Under the pieces are notes generated by a model. That model was not told the origin of the DNA and did not search any database. It worked only from the letters and a program-made list of their open reading frames with translations. From an uncultured Fimbriimonadaceae bacterium (lineage in GTDB: Bacteria > Armatimonadota > UBA10988), in NCBI GenBank assembly GCA_964405335.1, contig CAYONP010000020.1, positions 2,069 to 66,068 on the forward strand: DNA of 64,000 nucleotides, written 5' to 3'. Below are positions 16,765-26,720 of the stretch, one piece after another; position 1 is the stretch's first letter, and each line of letters begins with the position of its first letter. The position numbers were made by a program, and so were the translations under genes.

Positions 16765-19584
16765 CTATCCGCGCCGCTCTCCGTTGACCGTCACCTCGGC
16801 CTCGCGTGGCGGGGTGACCTCGAGCTCGATGCCCGCCGGCGCGGTGATGCGGAGCTGGAACGGCCGGCCTGGCTCGTTCTCCCACTGCACCTCGATCTCG
16901 CCCCGCGGCGTGGGCAGGCGGCCGCGGCACCAGGCGAGCTCGCCCGGGTGCGGCGCGACGACGGCCTGCGAAAAGCCCGGCGCCGCCGGCTGCACGCCGA
17001 GCACATAGGTGCTGAGGAAGAAGGTCGGCGCGGCCGACCAGCCGTGGCAGTGGCTGCGGGTCAAGCGGCCGCCGCGGCCCGACCACATCTCCCAGAAGGT
17101 GGTCGCGCCCATGTCGACCATGAAGCCCCAGTCGTCGCGGATGGTGTCGAGGAACTCGCGGTCCTTGCCCTCCTGCTGATAGGCCTCGAGCAGGAAGAAC
17201 TCGAAGAACGGGCTGCCCGCTTCGACGAAGCCCTCGGGCGGCGTGTCCATGATGTCGCGGCAGCGGGCGCGCCGCTCGCCCTGCGCTACACCCGAGGTGT
17301 AGGCCGCCGTCTGCGTCTGCTGCGAATAGACCGTGCTCTGCTCGGCGCCGTGCAGGCAGTCCGTGTAGGCCCGCTGCTCGTCATTCCACAGCCGCGCGTT
17401 GATCGCGCTGCTCAGCGCCTCGGCCAGCGCCCGCCACTCGGCCGCCAGGCCGTTCTGGTTCAGCCACTCGGCCAGCTCGGCGGCGTCGCGCAGCGCGTGG
17501 GCCGCGAGGCAGTTCTGGTGCGTCACCACGCCCTGGTTCGGCGTGTCCATCGGCGCCCAGTCGAACATGTTCCAGGCGCGGATGCTGAACAGCCCGTCGG
17601 CATCAAGATGCTGCTTGATCCCCTCGACGTTGCGCTCGATCCAGGGCAGCAGCGCCGCCGCGCCGGCCCCGTCGCCGCTGAACAGGTGGTACTCGCGGCA
17701 GCTCCGCATCCACAAGAAGCTCCACGCGGGGAGGAGGTTCCGCCACGCGCTGGGCACGTGCGATTCGGTGATCGGCGAGCGCTCCAGGCTGTGCGCGACC
17801 TGCTCCAAGCAGCGGTGCCACAGCCGCGGGTCGCCGTTGACCGCCCAGTCGATCAGCGCCTCGTTTCGCGCGTCGCCGACCCAATGGGTCTGCTCATAGG
17901 TCGGGCAGTCGGTGTAGGTGTCCTCGGCGCAGCACCGCCACGACCGCGCGCCGACCTGCCAGATGCGGTCGAGCTGCGCGTCGGAACAAGCGAAGTGACC
18001 GCGGTTCGACGGCGGATAGCTCGAGAACAGCACCTCGACGCCACGCAGCTTCACCGGGCCGGTCAGGTTGCGCAGGATCAGGTAGCTGTATTGGAATCCG
18101 CGCCGGACGGTGCACTCGTACCGCCGCCGGCCGTCGCCACAGACGTAGCGGAAGCTGTTGTTCATCCCCTCGGCGAGGTTGTACCGGCCGTCGGGCTGGA
18201 TGAACTCGAAGTTGTGGCTGTCGAGCACCGTCGCCGCCGGCGCCTCGATCTCGAAGCGGTGGAAACCAACCACCTCGGCGCCGAAATCGAGCAGCAGCCG
18301 CACATCGGCGCCGGCTTCCGGCGGATGGACCGTCGCCCAGTCGGCGCCGGAGAGCAGCGCATCCGGGTTGTCGACCCGCACCACCGAGTCGACCACTTCG
18401 TCGGTGTAGGCCTGCACGAACGCGTCGTCGGGCGGCAGGTGCTCGGGCCGCATCGGCTGGAGCCAGGTCTGTCCGGCCGCCGCGGCGACGTCGCCCGACG
18501 CCCAGAACGCCTCGCCCGCCTCGAGCGTCGCCTCGGGCACCAGCGGCTGGGCGGCGATCAGTGACTCGTCCTTGTCGCCGTCGACCCGTCGCTGGTCGCG
18601 CTCGGAGAGCCCGAACGGCCCGGCCAGCGCCCAGGCCGCGCCGCCGGCCTCGCCGCCGACCGCGAAGCGCTGGCCGGGCGGGCCGTCGATCACCAGGCAG
18701 AACTCGGGCAGGTGATAGCCCCGGCGCAGATCGGTCACCAAGCTGTTCCAGCCGGCCCGCAGCGCCGCGGAACCACGCGCCTCCTCGCCATTGACCTTGA
18801 TCCGGCCGGGGTGCTTGTGCGGGATGTGGAAGCCGATCTCGCACGCCGCCGGCGCGTAGACCTGCGTCGCGAGGTAGGCGTGGGCGTAGACCATGTTGCT
18901 GGTCAGGTCGTCGGGCGCCAGGTAGGGCTTGGCGTAGATGGTGAACCGGTAGGGGCGGCTGCGCACCGCCTCCAGGCTGACCAGCCGCTTGGGCAGCACC
19001 GGCTCGCGGGTCAGGAACGGGATCGCCCGCGGCCCGAGATCGGCGTGCACGCCGTCGGGGTGCATCCGCGCGGCCACCGCCGCCGGCCAGGCCGCGTCGT
19101 CGTAGTCGGCTGCCTGCCAGCCGTCGGCCAGGCGCGCGTCGTACTGCTCCTCGAACGCCTCTTGGATGCTGATCCGCGGCACGTTCGACCGGCAGGCCGG
19201 CTCGGGCGAGGCCTTCCAACTCGCGTCGCTGAGCAGGTTCGCGCCGGCGATTTCGAGGTCGACCAGCAGCCCTTCGGGCGCGTGAAGGTACTGGAACGTC
19301 CCCTCGCCGAAATGCTGCACCAGCACGGCGATGGTGTTCGACCCGGCGCGGAGCAGCGGGGCGATGTCGTAGGTGTCATACCGCCAATGGCTCGGCCAGG
19401 CGCGCACCGGGCCGAAGCCGACATACTCGCCGTTGACCCACAGCACGTAGCGCGAGTCGGCGGTGATGCGCAGGCTGGCCGGCCCGCCGGCATGGTCAAA
19501 GGTGCGCCGGAAGCGCACGAACCGGTTGCGCGCCGGCAGCGGCTCGGCGGTCCAGATCCAGGCGGCACGGTCGAAGGCAGGCAC
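16765..19584 (-). CDS. alpha-L-rhamnosidase (glycoside hydrolase family 78)
   Basis: 939 aa. GH78 N-terminal beta-sandwich (YVLWVNGEYVGFGP) and the (alpha/alpha)6 catalytic-domain hallmark (WEMWSGRGG...SHCHGWSAAPTFFL). Confidence 0.8.
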   Translation of the reverse strand: MPAFDRAAWIWTAEPLPARNRFVRFRRTFDHAGGPASLRITADSRYVLWVNGEYVGFGPVRAWPSHWRYDTYDIAPLLRAGSNTIAVLVQHFGEGTFQYLHAPEGLLVDLEIAGANLLSDASWKASPEPACRSNVPRISIQEAFEEQYDARLADGWQAADYDDAAWPAAVAARMHPDGVHADLGPRAIPFLTREPVLPKRLVSLEAVRSRPYRFTIYAKPYLAPDDLTSNMVYAHAYLATQVYAPAACEIGFHIPHKHPGRIKVNGEEARGSAALRAGWNSLVTDLRRGYHLPEFCLVIDGPPGQRFAVGGEAGGAAWALAGPFGLSERDQRRVDGDKDESLIAAQPLVPEATLEAGEAFWASGDVAAAAGQTWLQPMRPEHLPPDDAFVQAYTDEVVDSVVRVDNPDALLSGADWATVHPPEAGADVRLLLDFGAEVVGFHRFEIEAPAATVLDSHNFEFIQPDGRYNLAEGMNNSFRYVCGDGRRRYECTVRRGFQYSYLILRNLTGPVKLRGVEVLFSSYPPSNRGHFACSDAQLDRIWQVGARSWRCCAEDTYTDCPTYEQTHWVGDARNEALIDWAVNGDPRLWHRCLEQVAHSLERSPITESHVPSAWRNLLPAWSFLWMRSCREYHLFSGDGAGAAALLPWIERNVEGIKQHLDADGLFSIRAWNMFDWAPMDTPNQGVVTHQNCLAAHALRDAAELAEWLNQNGLAAEWRALAEALSSAINARLWNDEQRAYTDCLHGAEQSTVYSQQTQTAAYTSGVAQGERRARCRDIMDTPPEGFVEAGSPFFEFFLLEAYQQEGKDREFLDTIRDDWGFMVDMGATTFWEMWSGRGGRLTRSHCHGWSAAPTFFLSTYVLGVQPAAPGFSQAVVAPHPGELAWCRGRLPTPRGEIEVQWENEPGRPFQLRITAPAGIELEVTPPREAEVTVNGERRG

Positions 19585-19645
19585 GGTACGGCTCCCGTCC
19601 AGGTCGCCGGGGCCGATTCAAGGCTCTGGTCAACACCCCTCCCGC

Positions 19646-22600
19646 CTACGGCCAGATGACCAGGTCGTCGAACGCAATCCAGGCATAGGACGGGCTGTCG
19701 TCGTCATCAACGGCGGCGAAGCGCACGCGCCGGCCGCGCAGGTCTGCCAGCTCCCAGGTCACCGTCTGCAGCCGGCCGGTCTGGCCGGGCGTGCCGGCGC
19801 GGCGCAGCTCCTGGCCGGTGTCGGCGTCGATCAGGGCGAACCAACAACGCTGGCCATGCCCGCCGGTAAGGAACGTCAGCCGGCTGCCGGTCACCTCGAA
19901 CGGTGCCGAGCGAATCGTGCCCGTCGCCTGCTCGCGGTGGGCCAGGCTGTCGGCGAACCAGCGGCCGGCGCCGCGCCGCTGCCAGGGGTCGGTCCCGCTG
20001 TCGCGGACACCCCACGCCTCGCCCTCGGTCTCCCAGCCGTCGAGGTTCGCGGCATCGAAGCCGAACAGCCGCCGCGGCAGGAGCGCCGCCAGTTCCCGCG
20101 CACGGGGCGAGAGCGCTGCCAGCGCCTCGTCGCCCGGCGCGCCGAAGGCCGTCACCGCGGCGATTGCCAGGCACGGATAGGCGCCGACCGTCTCGACCAG
20201 CAGGCTCTCGACCGGCCGCCAGCCGTTGAGGTCGAGCTCGATGAGGTTCATGACCGACTCGGGCGCCAGGTAGCGCAGGCTGTCGCACCAGTCGGTATCG
20301 TGGGTGGCGAAGTCGCCGATGCGGTGGCGCGGTCCCCACCAGTCGAGATCGCCGGGGAAGTGGAGCGTCCGCGTCCAGTAGGTCCCGTCGCCACACTTGA
20401 CCGTGACCTTGGCCACCGGCGCAAAGGTGTCGTGGTTGTCGAGCATCGGCACGAGCAGCAGATAGACCCGCGAGGCGCGGCCGGAGAGTGGGATGCGCAC
20501 GCTCGGCCGGTCGAGCTGGTGGCTGATCGGCAGCAGCCGCCCGCGCGGGTTGGCGAAGCTCAGCCCCGGTGCAGACTCGGGTCGGATCTCCGCTTCCGGA
20601 TCAAGCCCCTCGAGCGGCGGCCGGAGCGAGGCCCAGGGCTGATGCCCGTACGCCAGCCACGGCCGCCAGGTGCGCCAGGTGTCGTCGTCGGTGAGGAGGT
20701 CGTCGGGGAGTGCGGTGTGCCGGCAGCGGGCGTAGGCGAGGTCGCGGAGGTCGGGGTCGGCGGTGAAGCGGGGGGCGGTATCCACACGGGTGCGGTGGCG
20801 GCCGTGGTTACTGTCCACCTCGACCGTGTTGAGACCGGGCGCCAGTGGTGCTGCGTCGGCCGCATAGGAAGCGCCCTGTTCGGCCGGCTGGATCCCGCCG
20901 GGAGCGGAACGAGTCCACCGCCGACCGGTCAGTTCGTCGGCGTTCAATGCCCGCAGAGCTGGCTGACGGCCGCGGCCTGGCGGCCCTACCGTGAGGAACA
21001 GTCGACGATCACCGGCAGCCCGTCGGCCGGCAGCGCCATACTCCGTTGCCATGGCCGGCGGTCCGGGATCCATGGCCAGCCTGAGCTGGCCGGCGAAGAC
21101 CGCCACGATTCCCCGCGCTACTGCCTGCGGGTCAACGACAGCGGCCAAACCGTCGGCTCGCACTTGCACGACGAGCTCGGCGATTGCGCTAGGGCGGATG
21201 GCAGCCGGCTCGCTATCCGGCCGCCACCGGACCACGATCGTCGCCTCACGAGTGGGCTCGAGGCTCGTCCAGAGCGCACGACTCGCCTCGATATCGAGGA
21301 AGGACGGGCGCGTGTATCCAGCTTTGTCTGCGGTGACCTCCACCCACTCGCTGCACGGCAGCGGCGCGTCCAGCAGCAATCTCCGCGGTTCGGCACACCG
21401 CACCCAGATCACCCGCCGGTTCGCCTCCTGCTTCACCGTCATCACCACGTCGGGCGTCACCACGCGCGCCCGGGCCCACTCTAGCGGCAGGCAGGGCGAG
21501 ACGGTCAGCAGGTTGTTCGCCTGGTCCATGCTCAACCCGAACAGCCCCTCGATCACCGCCGACGCGAACACCCCCGCCGGCGGCGTGAAGTAGCTCGGGT
21601 GGCGCTCATTCACCTCCGGCCAACTGCCCTGATTGACCTCACTGGTTGCCAGGTCGGCAATCCAGCGCAGCGGCGCGATGGCCTTGTCGGCCTCACCCAG
21701 CTTGGCCCAGCCGAGCGTCGCCCAGGGCTGCTGCTGCGCACCGGCCTGGCTGCCAACCGTCGCCGGCACGTGGCGCGGGAAGTTGTTGCTGCAGTAGATC
21801 TCGCCCGACTCGCCGGTGAGCGTGTCGGCCACATGCATCATCGACAGATAGGCCTCGGGACCGCTCAGGATGCCGAAGATCACTGGCCAGATGTAAGTGT
21901 GATACTGCCCCTCCAGATGCTCGACGCCGAGGGGATCTTTGTAGTAAATGAACCGGCCGAGGTCGGGGCGGTAGAGCTCCTCGCGCAGCGTCGCCTCCAT
22001 CCGCTCTGCCCGGGCGAGGAGCTCGCTGGCCGCCTCCCAACCGTGCAGCTCCGTGGCCACCTCGGCACGTAACCGCAGCATCTCGATCCCGGCAATCGTC
22101 GGCGAGGTGCCGTCGTGCGGGGTCGAGACGTAGTCTTCCTGGTTGCCGATCTGCTGGCCGAAGCCGAGCAGGCCGTTGCCGTCCGGGTCGTGCGCGGCGA
22201 AGGTCTGGTCGACCACGCGGCGCAGCGGCTCTTCGATCTGGCGGAGGAACTCCAGATCGCCGGTGGTGTGCCAGTAGTGCGCCACGGACCAGCACCAGAA
22301 CTGGTTCCAGCCGCCGAAGTCGACCCGCGCGCGGCCCGAGGGGTCGAGGTCGGGCACCTGGCCCGAGGGCATCAGCCGCTCGGCGTGCGCCAGCAGCATC
22401 TCGCGGGTGCGGTCGGTCTGGCCGAGCCAGTCGGCGGCCAGGCTGTGCTGCATGGTCCAGAAGGTGCCCCAGTGATGCAGCGACTCGATCCAGCCGTACG
22501 GCCGCACCCAGGCATACTCGAGGTTGATGATCGCCGCGCGGAACGCCTCGTTCAGCTTCGGCTCGGGCGTCTCGATGTAGCAACTCGCCAGCAGCTCGCG

Positions 22601-23392
22601 CCAGTGGGCGCGGATGGTCGCCTCCAGCGCCGCGGGATCGTCGCCGGCCAGCTCCGCCGCTCGGTCGACGGTGTCGCCGAAGGCGAACAGCAGGTAGCCC
22701 TCGGCCACCGGCGGCGAGGTGACCGTCAGCCACTTGCCGTCGATGGTCGGCCGGCCGAGGTGGCTGCGCACGGCGACGGCAGGCAGCCCGTCGGTGGCGC
22801 AGGTCACCGCGTCGCCCGCCGGCTCGACGACGCACGGTTCGTCGAGGGCCAGGTCGGGCTGCTGGAGGTACTCCCAGCGCTTGGGCAACGGCGGCCCGAA
22901 ACCGTGGACGCCGACGCGGCCGGGCATGCCACAGCGGACCGTCAACGGCGCCGCCGGCCGGCAGGTGAGCTTGACCAGCGCCGAGCCCTCCCAGCGCATC
23001 GTGTCGCGGCCGTGCAGGCTGGGCAGCAGCTCGACCGTCACGTGTCGCCCGGCGACGGTGCCGGCCGCCTCGACCCCCTCGCCGCCGGGCAGGTTGCGCA
23101 CCGTGCGGTCGGCCGCGTCGCCGAGCCAGGCTACCGTGTCGTTGTCGGCGATTCCGACCCGCAGCTTGGCCAGCGCGACGTTGCCGAGCCAGTGGTCGGG
23201 GTGATGGTCGTAGGTGAACAGCCCCACGGCGCCGCCGGCCTCGTCGGCCGAGACGAGCGTCTCGTGCAGCGCCGCCAGGCGCTCGAACGCGGCCGCCGGC
23301 GGGCAGAGCAGGAGGCAGAGCAGCAGACGATGCACCGTGGTCTCCAAGCCCCGGAGCGGACATTGTAGGATAGTCCGGCGGGGAGGAGCCAC
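19646..23392 (-). CDS. large secreted multidomain glycoside-hydrolase-like protein ((alpha/alpha)6 barrel plus C-terminal jelly-roll domain)
   Basis: 1248-aa ORF. A probable GTG start near 23335 gives the signal peptide M-HRLLLCLLLCPPAAAFERLAA. Central region has an (alpha/alpha)6-like segment (WGTFWTMQHSLAADWLGQ; GWNQFWCWSVAHYWHTTGD). C-terminal ~150 aa is a LamG/GH32-C-like jelly-roll (FGFDAANLDGWETEGEAWGV...LTFLTGGHG). Confidence 0.7.
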   Translation of the reverse strand: MAPPRRTILQCPLRGLETTVHRLLLCLLLCPPAAAFERLAALHETLVSADEAGGAVGLFTYDHHPDHWLGNVALAKLRVGIADNDTVAWLGDAADRTVRNLPGGEGVEAAGTVAGRHVTVELLPSLHGRDTMRWEGSALVKLTCRPAAPLTVRCGMPGRVGVHGFGPPLPKRWEYLQQPDLALDEPCVVEPAGDAVTCATDGLPAVAVRSHLGRPTIDGKWLTVTSPPVAEGYLLFAFGDTVDRAAELAGDDPAALEATIRAHWRELLASCYIETPEPKLNEAFRAAIINLEYAWVRPYGWIESLHHWGTFWTMQHSLAADWLGQTDRTREMLLAHAERLMPSGQVPDLDPSGRARVDFGGWNQFWCWSVAHYWHTTGDLEFLRQIEEPLRRVVDQTFAAHDPDGNGLLGFGQQIGNQEDYVSTPHDGTSPTIAGIEMLRLRAEVATELHGWEAASELLARAERMEATLREELYRPDLGRFIYYKDPLGVEHLEGQYHTYIWPVIFGILSGPEAYLSMMHVADTLTGESGEIYCSNNFPRHVPATVGSQAGAQQQPWATLGWAKLGEADKAIAPLRWIADLATSEVNQGSWPEVNERHPSYFTPPAGVFASAVIEGLFGLSMDQANNLLTVSPCLPLEWARARVVTPDVVMTVKQEANRRVIWVRCAEPRRLLLDAPLPCSEWVEVTADKAGYTRPSFLDIEASRALWTSLEPTREATIVVRWRPDSEPAAIRPSAIAELVVQVRADGLAAVVDPQAVARGIVAVFAGQLRLAMDPGPPAMATEYGAAGRRAAGDRRLFLTVGPPGRGRQPALRALNADELTGRRWTRSAPGGIQPAEQGASYAADAAPLAPGLNTVEVDSNHGRHRTRVDTAPRFTADPDLRDLAYARCRHTALPDDLLTDDDTWRTWRPWLAYGHQPWASLRPPLEGLDPEAEIRPESAPGLSFANPRGRLLPISHQLDRPSVRIPLSGRASRVYLLLVPMLDNHDTFAPVAKVTVKCGDGTYWTRTLHFPGDLDWWGPRHRIGDFATHDTDWCDSLRYLAPESVMNLIELDLNGWRPVESLLVETVGAYPCLAIAAVTAFGAPGDEALAALSPRARELAALLPRRLFGFDAANLDGWETEGEAWGVRDSGTDPWQRRGAGRWFADSLAHREQATGTIRSAPFEVTGSRLTFLTGGHGQRCWFALIDADTGQELRRAGTPGQTGRLQTVTWELADLRGRRVRFAAVDDDDSPSYAWIAFDDLVIWP

Positions 23393-23457
23393 CTCCCGGC
23401 GGCGTATTGTGGACCGGCAAGTCCATTGCAGCGGGCGCGACGCGTGAGGAGGGCGCG

Positions 23458-24846
23458 ATGCACTACCCGTGGTGGTATGTCCCGGGCCTGACCGCTCCGA
23501 TGCTGATCGCGTTCATCGCCACGATCCACATCTTCTCGGCGCAGTATGCGGTCGGCGGTGGGATCATGCTCGCCGCGGCAACCAGCCGCGCGCACCGCGA
23601 GCAGGACGGGCCGATGCTCGACTACCTACGCCGCCACGCCTGGTTCTTCATCCTCTTCACCGTGGTCTACGGGGCGATGACGGGGGTCGGCATCTGGTGG
23701 GTCATCGGCCTCGCCTCGCCGCTGGCCACCGAGGCGCTGATCCACACCTTCGTCTTCGGCTGGGCAATTGAGTGGTGCACCTTCATCATCGAGATCGTGT
23801 CGGCCTTCCTGTTCTATTACTACTGGGGCCGCATCACGCCTCGCACGCATGTCATCCTCGGCTGGAGCTACGCCTGGGCGGCCTGGGTTTCGTTGGTGCT
23901 GATCACCGGCATCACCGCCTACATGCTCAACAGCGGCGCCGACGGGGCCAACGCCGGGTTCTGGCGCTGCTTCTTCAACCCGCAGTTCGTGCCCCAGGTG
24001 CTGGCGCGCACCGGCGGGTCGATCCTGCTGGCGGCGATCTACTTCTACGTCCACGCCTCGTTCAAGCTGCCCGAAGAGAGCCCGCAGCGGGCGCGGATCA
24101 TCACCTGGGCCGGCCACTGGACCTGGCCCGGCCTGATCCTGATTGCCCTCGGCGGAGTCGGTTGGTTCTTCGCCATGCCCGAGCGCGGTCGGGCCATCAT
24201 CGAGGGCGCCGGGGCGATGAACGTGCTGCTCGGCCTGGTGGTCAGCGTCACCGGGCTGGTGGTCGTGCTCATGGTCATGGGCCCGCGGCACCGGCCGAGC
24301 CTGGTGACCAAGCCGCTCGCCGTCGGCATGTTGCTGCTCGGCTTCATGGCCATCTGTTCGAGTGAGTTCCTGCGCGAGGCGGCGCGCAAGCCTTATGTGG
24401 TCGACAATGTGGTCTACGGCCACGGCATCTACAAGGCCGAGCTGGCGCGGTTCCAGGAGCGCGGCATCCTCAGCGAGGGCGTCTGGCCGCGCGCCTATGT
24501 GACCCTGTACCACCCGCGCCTGGCCGCCGCCCTCCGGCGCGGAGCCAAGGGCGGGCGGCGCGACAAGACCGGTGGGCTGACAGTTGACGACCGGCTCGAC
24601 GTCGGCCGCATGTTGTTCATGTATCACTGCAACGACTGTCACGCCGTGCGCGGCTATTCGGGGGTCTACGGCCTGATCCGCGGCTGGCGGCCGGACACCA
24701 TCCACCAACTGGTGCTGCGGCTGGATGAGTACCACTTCTTCATGCCGCCCTGGAGCGGCACCGCCGACGAGGCCGAGCTGCTGGCCGACTGGCTGGTCAG
24801 TATCGCCCCCGACCATCCCGAGCAGAGCCGGCCCGGGGCCGAATAG
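23458..24846 (+). CDS. cytochrome bd-like quinol oxidase subunit I homolog fused to a C-terminal monoheme cytochrome c domain
   Basis: N-terminal helix with a conserved His (IATIHIFSAQYAVGGG) like CydA helix 1. Multiple TM helices. C-terminal soluble tail carries a CNDCH (CxxCH) heme-c site. No obvious Q-loop. Confidence 0.65.
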   Translation: MHYPWWYVPGLTAPMLIAFIATIHIFSAQYAVGGGIMLAAATSRAHREQDGPMLDYLRRHAWFFILFTVVYGAMTGVGIWWVIGLASPLATEALIHTFVFGWAIEWCTFIIEIVSAFLFYYYWGRITPRTHVILGWSYAWAAWVSLVLITGITAYMLNSGADGANAGFWRCFFNPQFVPQVLARTGGSILLAAIYFYVHASFKLPEESPQRARIITWAGHWTWPGLILIALGGVGWFFAMPERGRAIIEGAGAMNVLLGLVVSVTGLVVVLMVMGPRHRPSLVTKPLAVGMLLLGFMAICSSEFLREAARKPYVVDNVVYGHGIYKAELARFQERGILSEGVWPRAYVTLYHPRLAAALRRGAKGGRRDKTGGLTVDDRLDVGRMLFMYHCNDCHAVRGYSGVYGLIRGWRPDTIHQLVLRLDEYHFFMPPWSGTADEAELLADWLVSIAPDHPEQSRPGAE

Positions 24847-24855
24847 GAGGCGGGC

Positions 24856-25992
24856 ATGAACCCCGATGAACTGCTGGCGCCCCTGACGCCCCGCGGCCTG
24901 CCCGCGCCGGTGGCGTTCCTGATGTTCTTTCGCGTGGTCGGGTTCATCCTCCACCTGGCGCCGATGCACTTGGTCTATGCCGGCACGCCACTGGTCGCGG
25001 TGCTGGCCTGGCGCCGCCGGGCCGAGGCGCGCACCCTCGCCGCGCGGCTTGGGCGCGTGCTCCCGGTGGCCGTCGCCCTGGCGGTCAACTTCGGCATCGT
25101 GCCGCTGCTCTTCGTGCAGACGACGCACTACCGCGTGTTCTATCCGGCGACCATCCTGATGGCCTGGCCCTGGATGCTGGTCATCGCCTGGCTGATCACG
25201 GCCTACTACGCGATCTACTTCTTCGCCGGGCAGGTGCGTGCCGGCGAGCCGAGCCGATGGGCGAAGCTGTGGCTCGGCCTGGCCGCCGTGCTGGTGGTGC
25301 TGATCGGCTTCACCTTCGCCAACGCGATGAGCCTGACCAGCAACGTCGCCGCCTGGTCGCCGCTGTATGAACAGACCAACGTCAGCGGCGCGGTCACCGG
25401 CTTGGCGCTGAACACCGCCGACCCGACGCTGCCCGCGCGCTGGCTGATGATGTTCGGTCTGGCGATCACCACCGTCGGCGCCTGGATTGCGCTCGACGCC
25501 GCCTGGTCTGCCGGCGGCGAGAGCGATGACTACCGCGCCTGGGCCGGCCAGGCGGCCTGGCGGGTCTACGCCGGCGGGCTGGTCGTCTTCGCCGTCTGCG
25601 GCTATCTCTATCTCGTGCGCACCATCCCGCTCGAGGACACGCAGGCGATCTTCGCGCCGCCGATGCGCTATCTGACGCTGCTCACCGGCGCGCTGCCCGG
25701 CGTGGTCCTGGTCTTGGTCTGGTGGCGGCGCAACCGGCCGTCGGCAGGCGGGGCGGCGTGGGTCTTCGCGGGGCAGTTGCTCGTTCTGGCGCTCAACGCC
25801 GTCTCGCGCCAGGCGCTGCAGAACCGCGAGCTGGACCCGTACTTCAATCCGCACCTCGAGCAGGTCACCACCCAATGGTCGACCTTGCCGCTGTTTCTGG
25901 TCGTCTTCGTGGCCACGCTGGGATTTGTTGCCTGGATGTTGGTTCGGGTGGTGAAGGAGAGTGGAACAGATTCGGCGGATTGGCCTTCATGA
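24856..25992 (+). CDS. polytopic membrane protein, putative cytochrome bd subunit II-like partner
   Basis: 378 aa with ~8-9 predicted TM helices. CydB-like size. 10 bp downstream of the CydA-like gene. Confidence 0.5.
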   Translation: MNPDELLAPLTPRGLPAPVAFLMFFRVVGFILHLAPMHLVYAGTPLVAVLAWRRRAEARTLAARLGRVLPVAVALAVNFGIVPLLFVQTTHYRVFYPATILMAWPWMLVIAWLITAYYAIYFFAGQVRAGEPSRWAKLWLGLAAVLVVLIGFTFANAMSLTSNVAAWSPLYEQTNVSGAVTGLALNTADPTLPARWLMMFGLAITTVGAWIALDAAWSAGGESDDYRAWAGQAAWRVYAGGLVVFAVCGYLYLVRTIPLEDTQAIFAPPMRYLTLLTGALPGVVLVLVWWRRNRPSAGGAAWVFAGQLLVLALNAVSRQALQNRELDPYFNPHLEQVTTQWSTLPLFLVVFVATLGFVAWMLVRVVKESGTDSADWPS

Positions 25993-26057
25993 ATAGGGAC
26001 GCCGGTCCGAACGTCTAGCCATAGAGCCGGATGCGGGCGGGGTGGCGGGAGGTGGCG

Positions 26058-26720
26058 ATGCGAGGCTGGTGGCCGCTCGCGTTGATCTGTGTCGGCTTGA
26101 CGGCGAGGGCGCTCGAGTCCGAAACCACGTGGTATCAGCCGGCGTTGGCCTACGAGGCCATCCCGTACGGACCCGAGTTCCGCTTCCAGGCCGAGTTCGG
26201 CGACGAGGTCGACCGCAACGCCTTCGTCCGGCACGTGCTCTCCCGGCACCTCGGTAACATCACCGACCAGCAGTTCGACATGATGAGCCTGCTCGCGCCC
26301 GAGGATGGGCTGATGGGCTTCCTCGCCCGCGGCACCAAGCTCGGCCTGGTCACCGGCTCGGCTGGCTATGTGCTCGGTGTGCTGACCGACGCCGCCGATC
26401 CGGGAACCATCGGCGCGGTCACGCTGGCCGGCGGGTTCTTCGCCGGCGCGCTGGGCTATGCCGACGGACCGTCATCGTTCACCCTCCGCTGCGGCGAGTC
26501 GAGCGCCTGCCGGCTGGTGCTCGGTTGGCAAGAGAAGCCCGGCTATCTGCCCCGCGCGGTGCCCGGCTTCGCCGGCAGCGGCGTCAACGGCAGTTTCACC
26601 GCCGGCGCCAGCCTGACCTTCGGCGGGCTCGACGGCGGGCCGGCTGCAGCGCTCTTCTGGGACCCGTTCGCCGCCGGTCGTTCGAGCCTCGGCGGGCTGT
26701 CGCTGACCGCCTCGTTCTAG
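26058..26720 (+). CDS. secreted Gly-rich hypothetical protein
   Basis: Signal peptide MRGWWPLALICVGLTARA at an internal start. Gly/Ala-rich C-terminal half. No family recognised. Confidence 0.45.
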   Translation: MRGWWPLALICVGLTARALESETTWYQPALAYEAIPYGPEFRFQAEFGDEVDRNAFVRHVLSRHLGNITDQQFDMMSLLAPEDGLMGFLARGTKLGLVTGSAGYVLGVLTDAADPGTIGAVTLAGGFFAGALGYADGPSSFTLRCGESSACRLVLGWQEKPGYLPRAVPGFAGSGVNGSFTAGASLTFGGLDGGPAAALFWDPFAAGRSSLGGLSLTASF

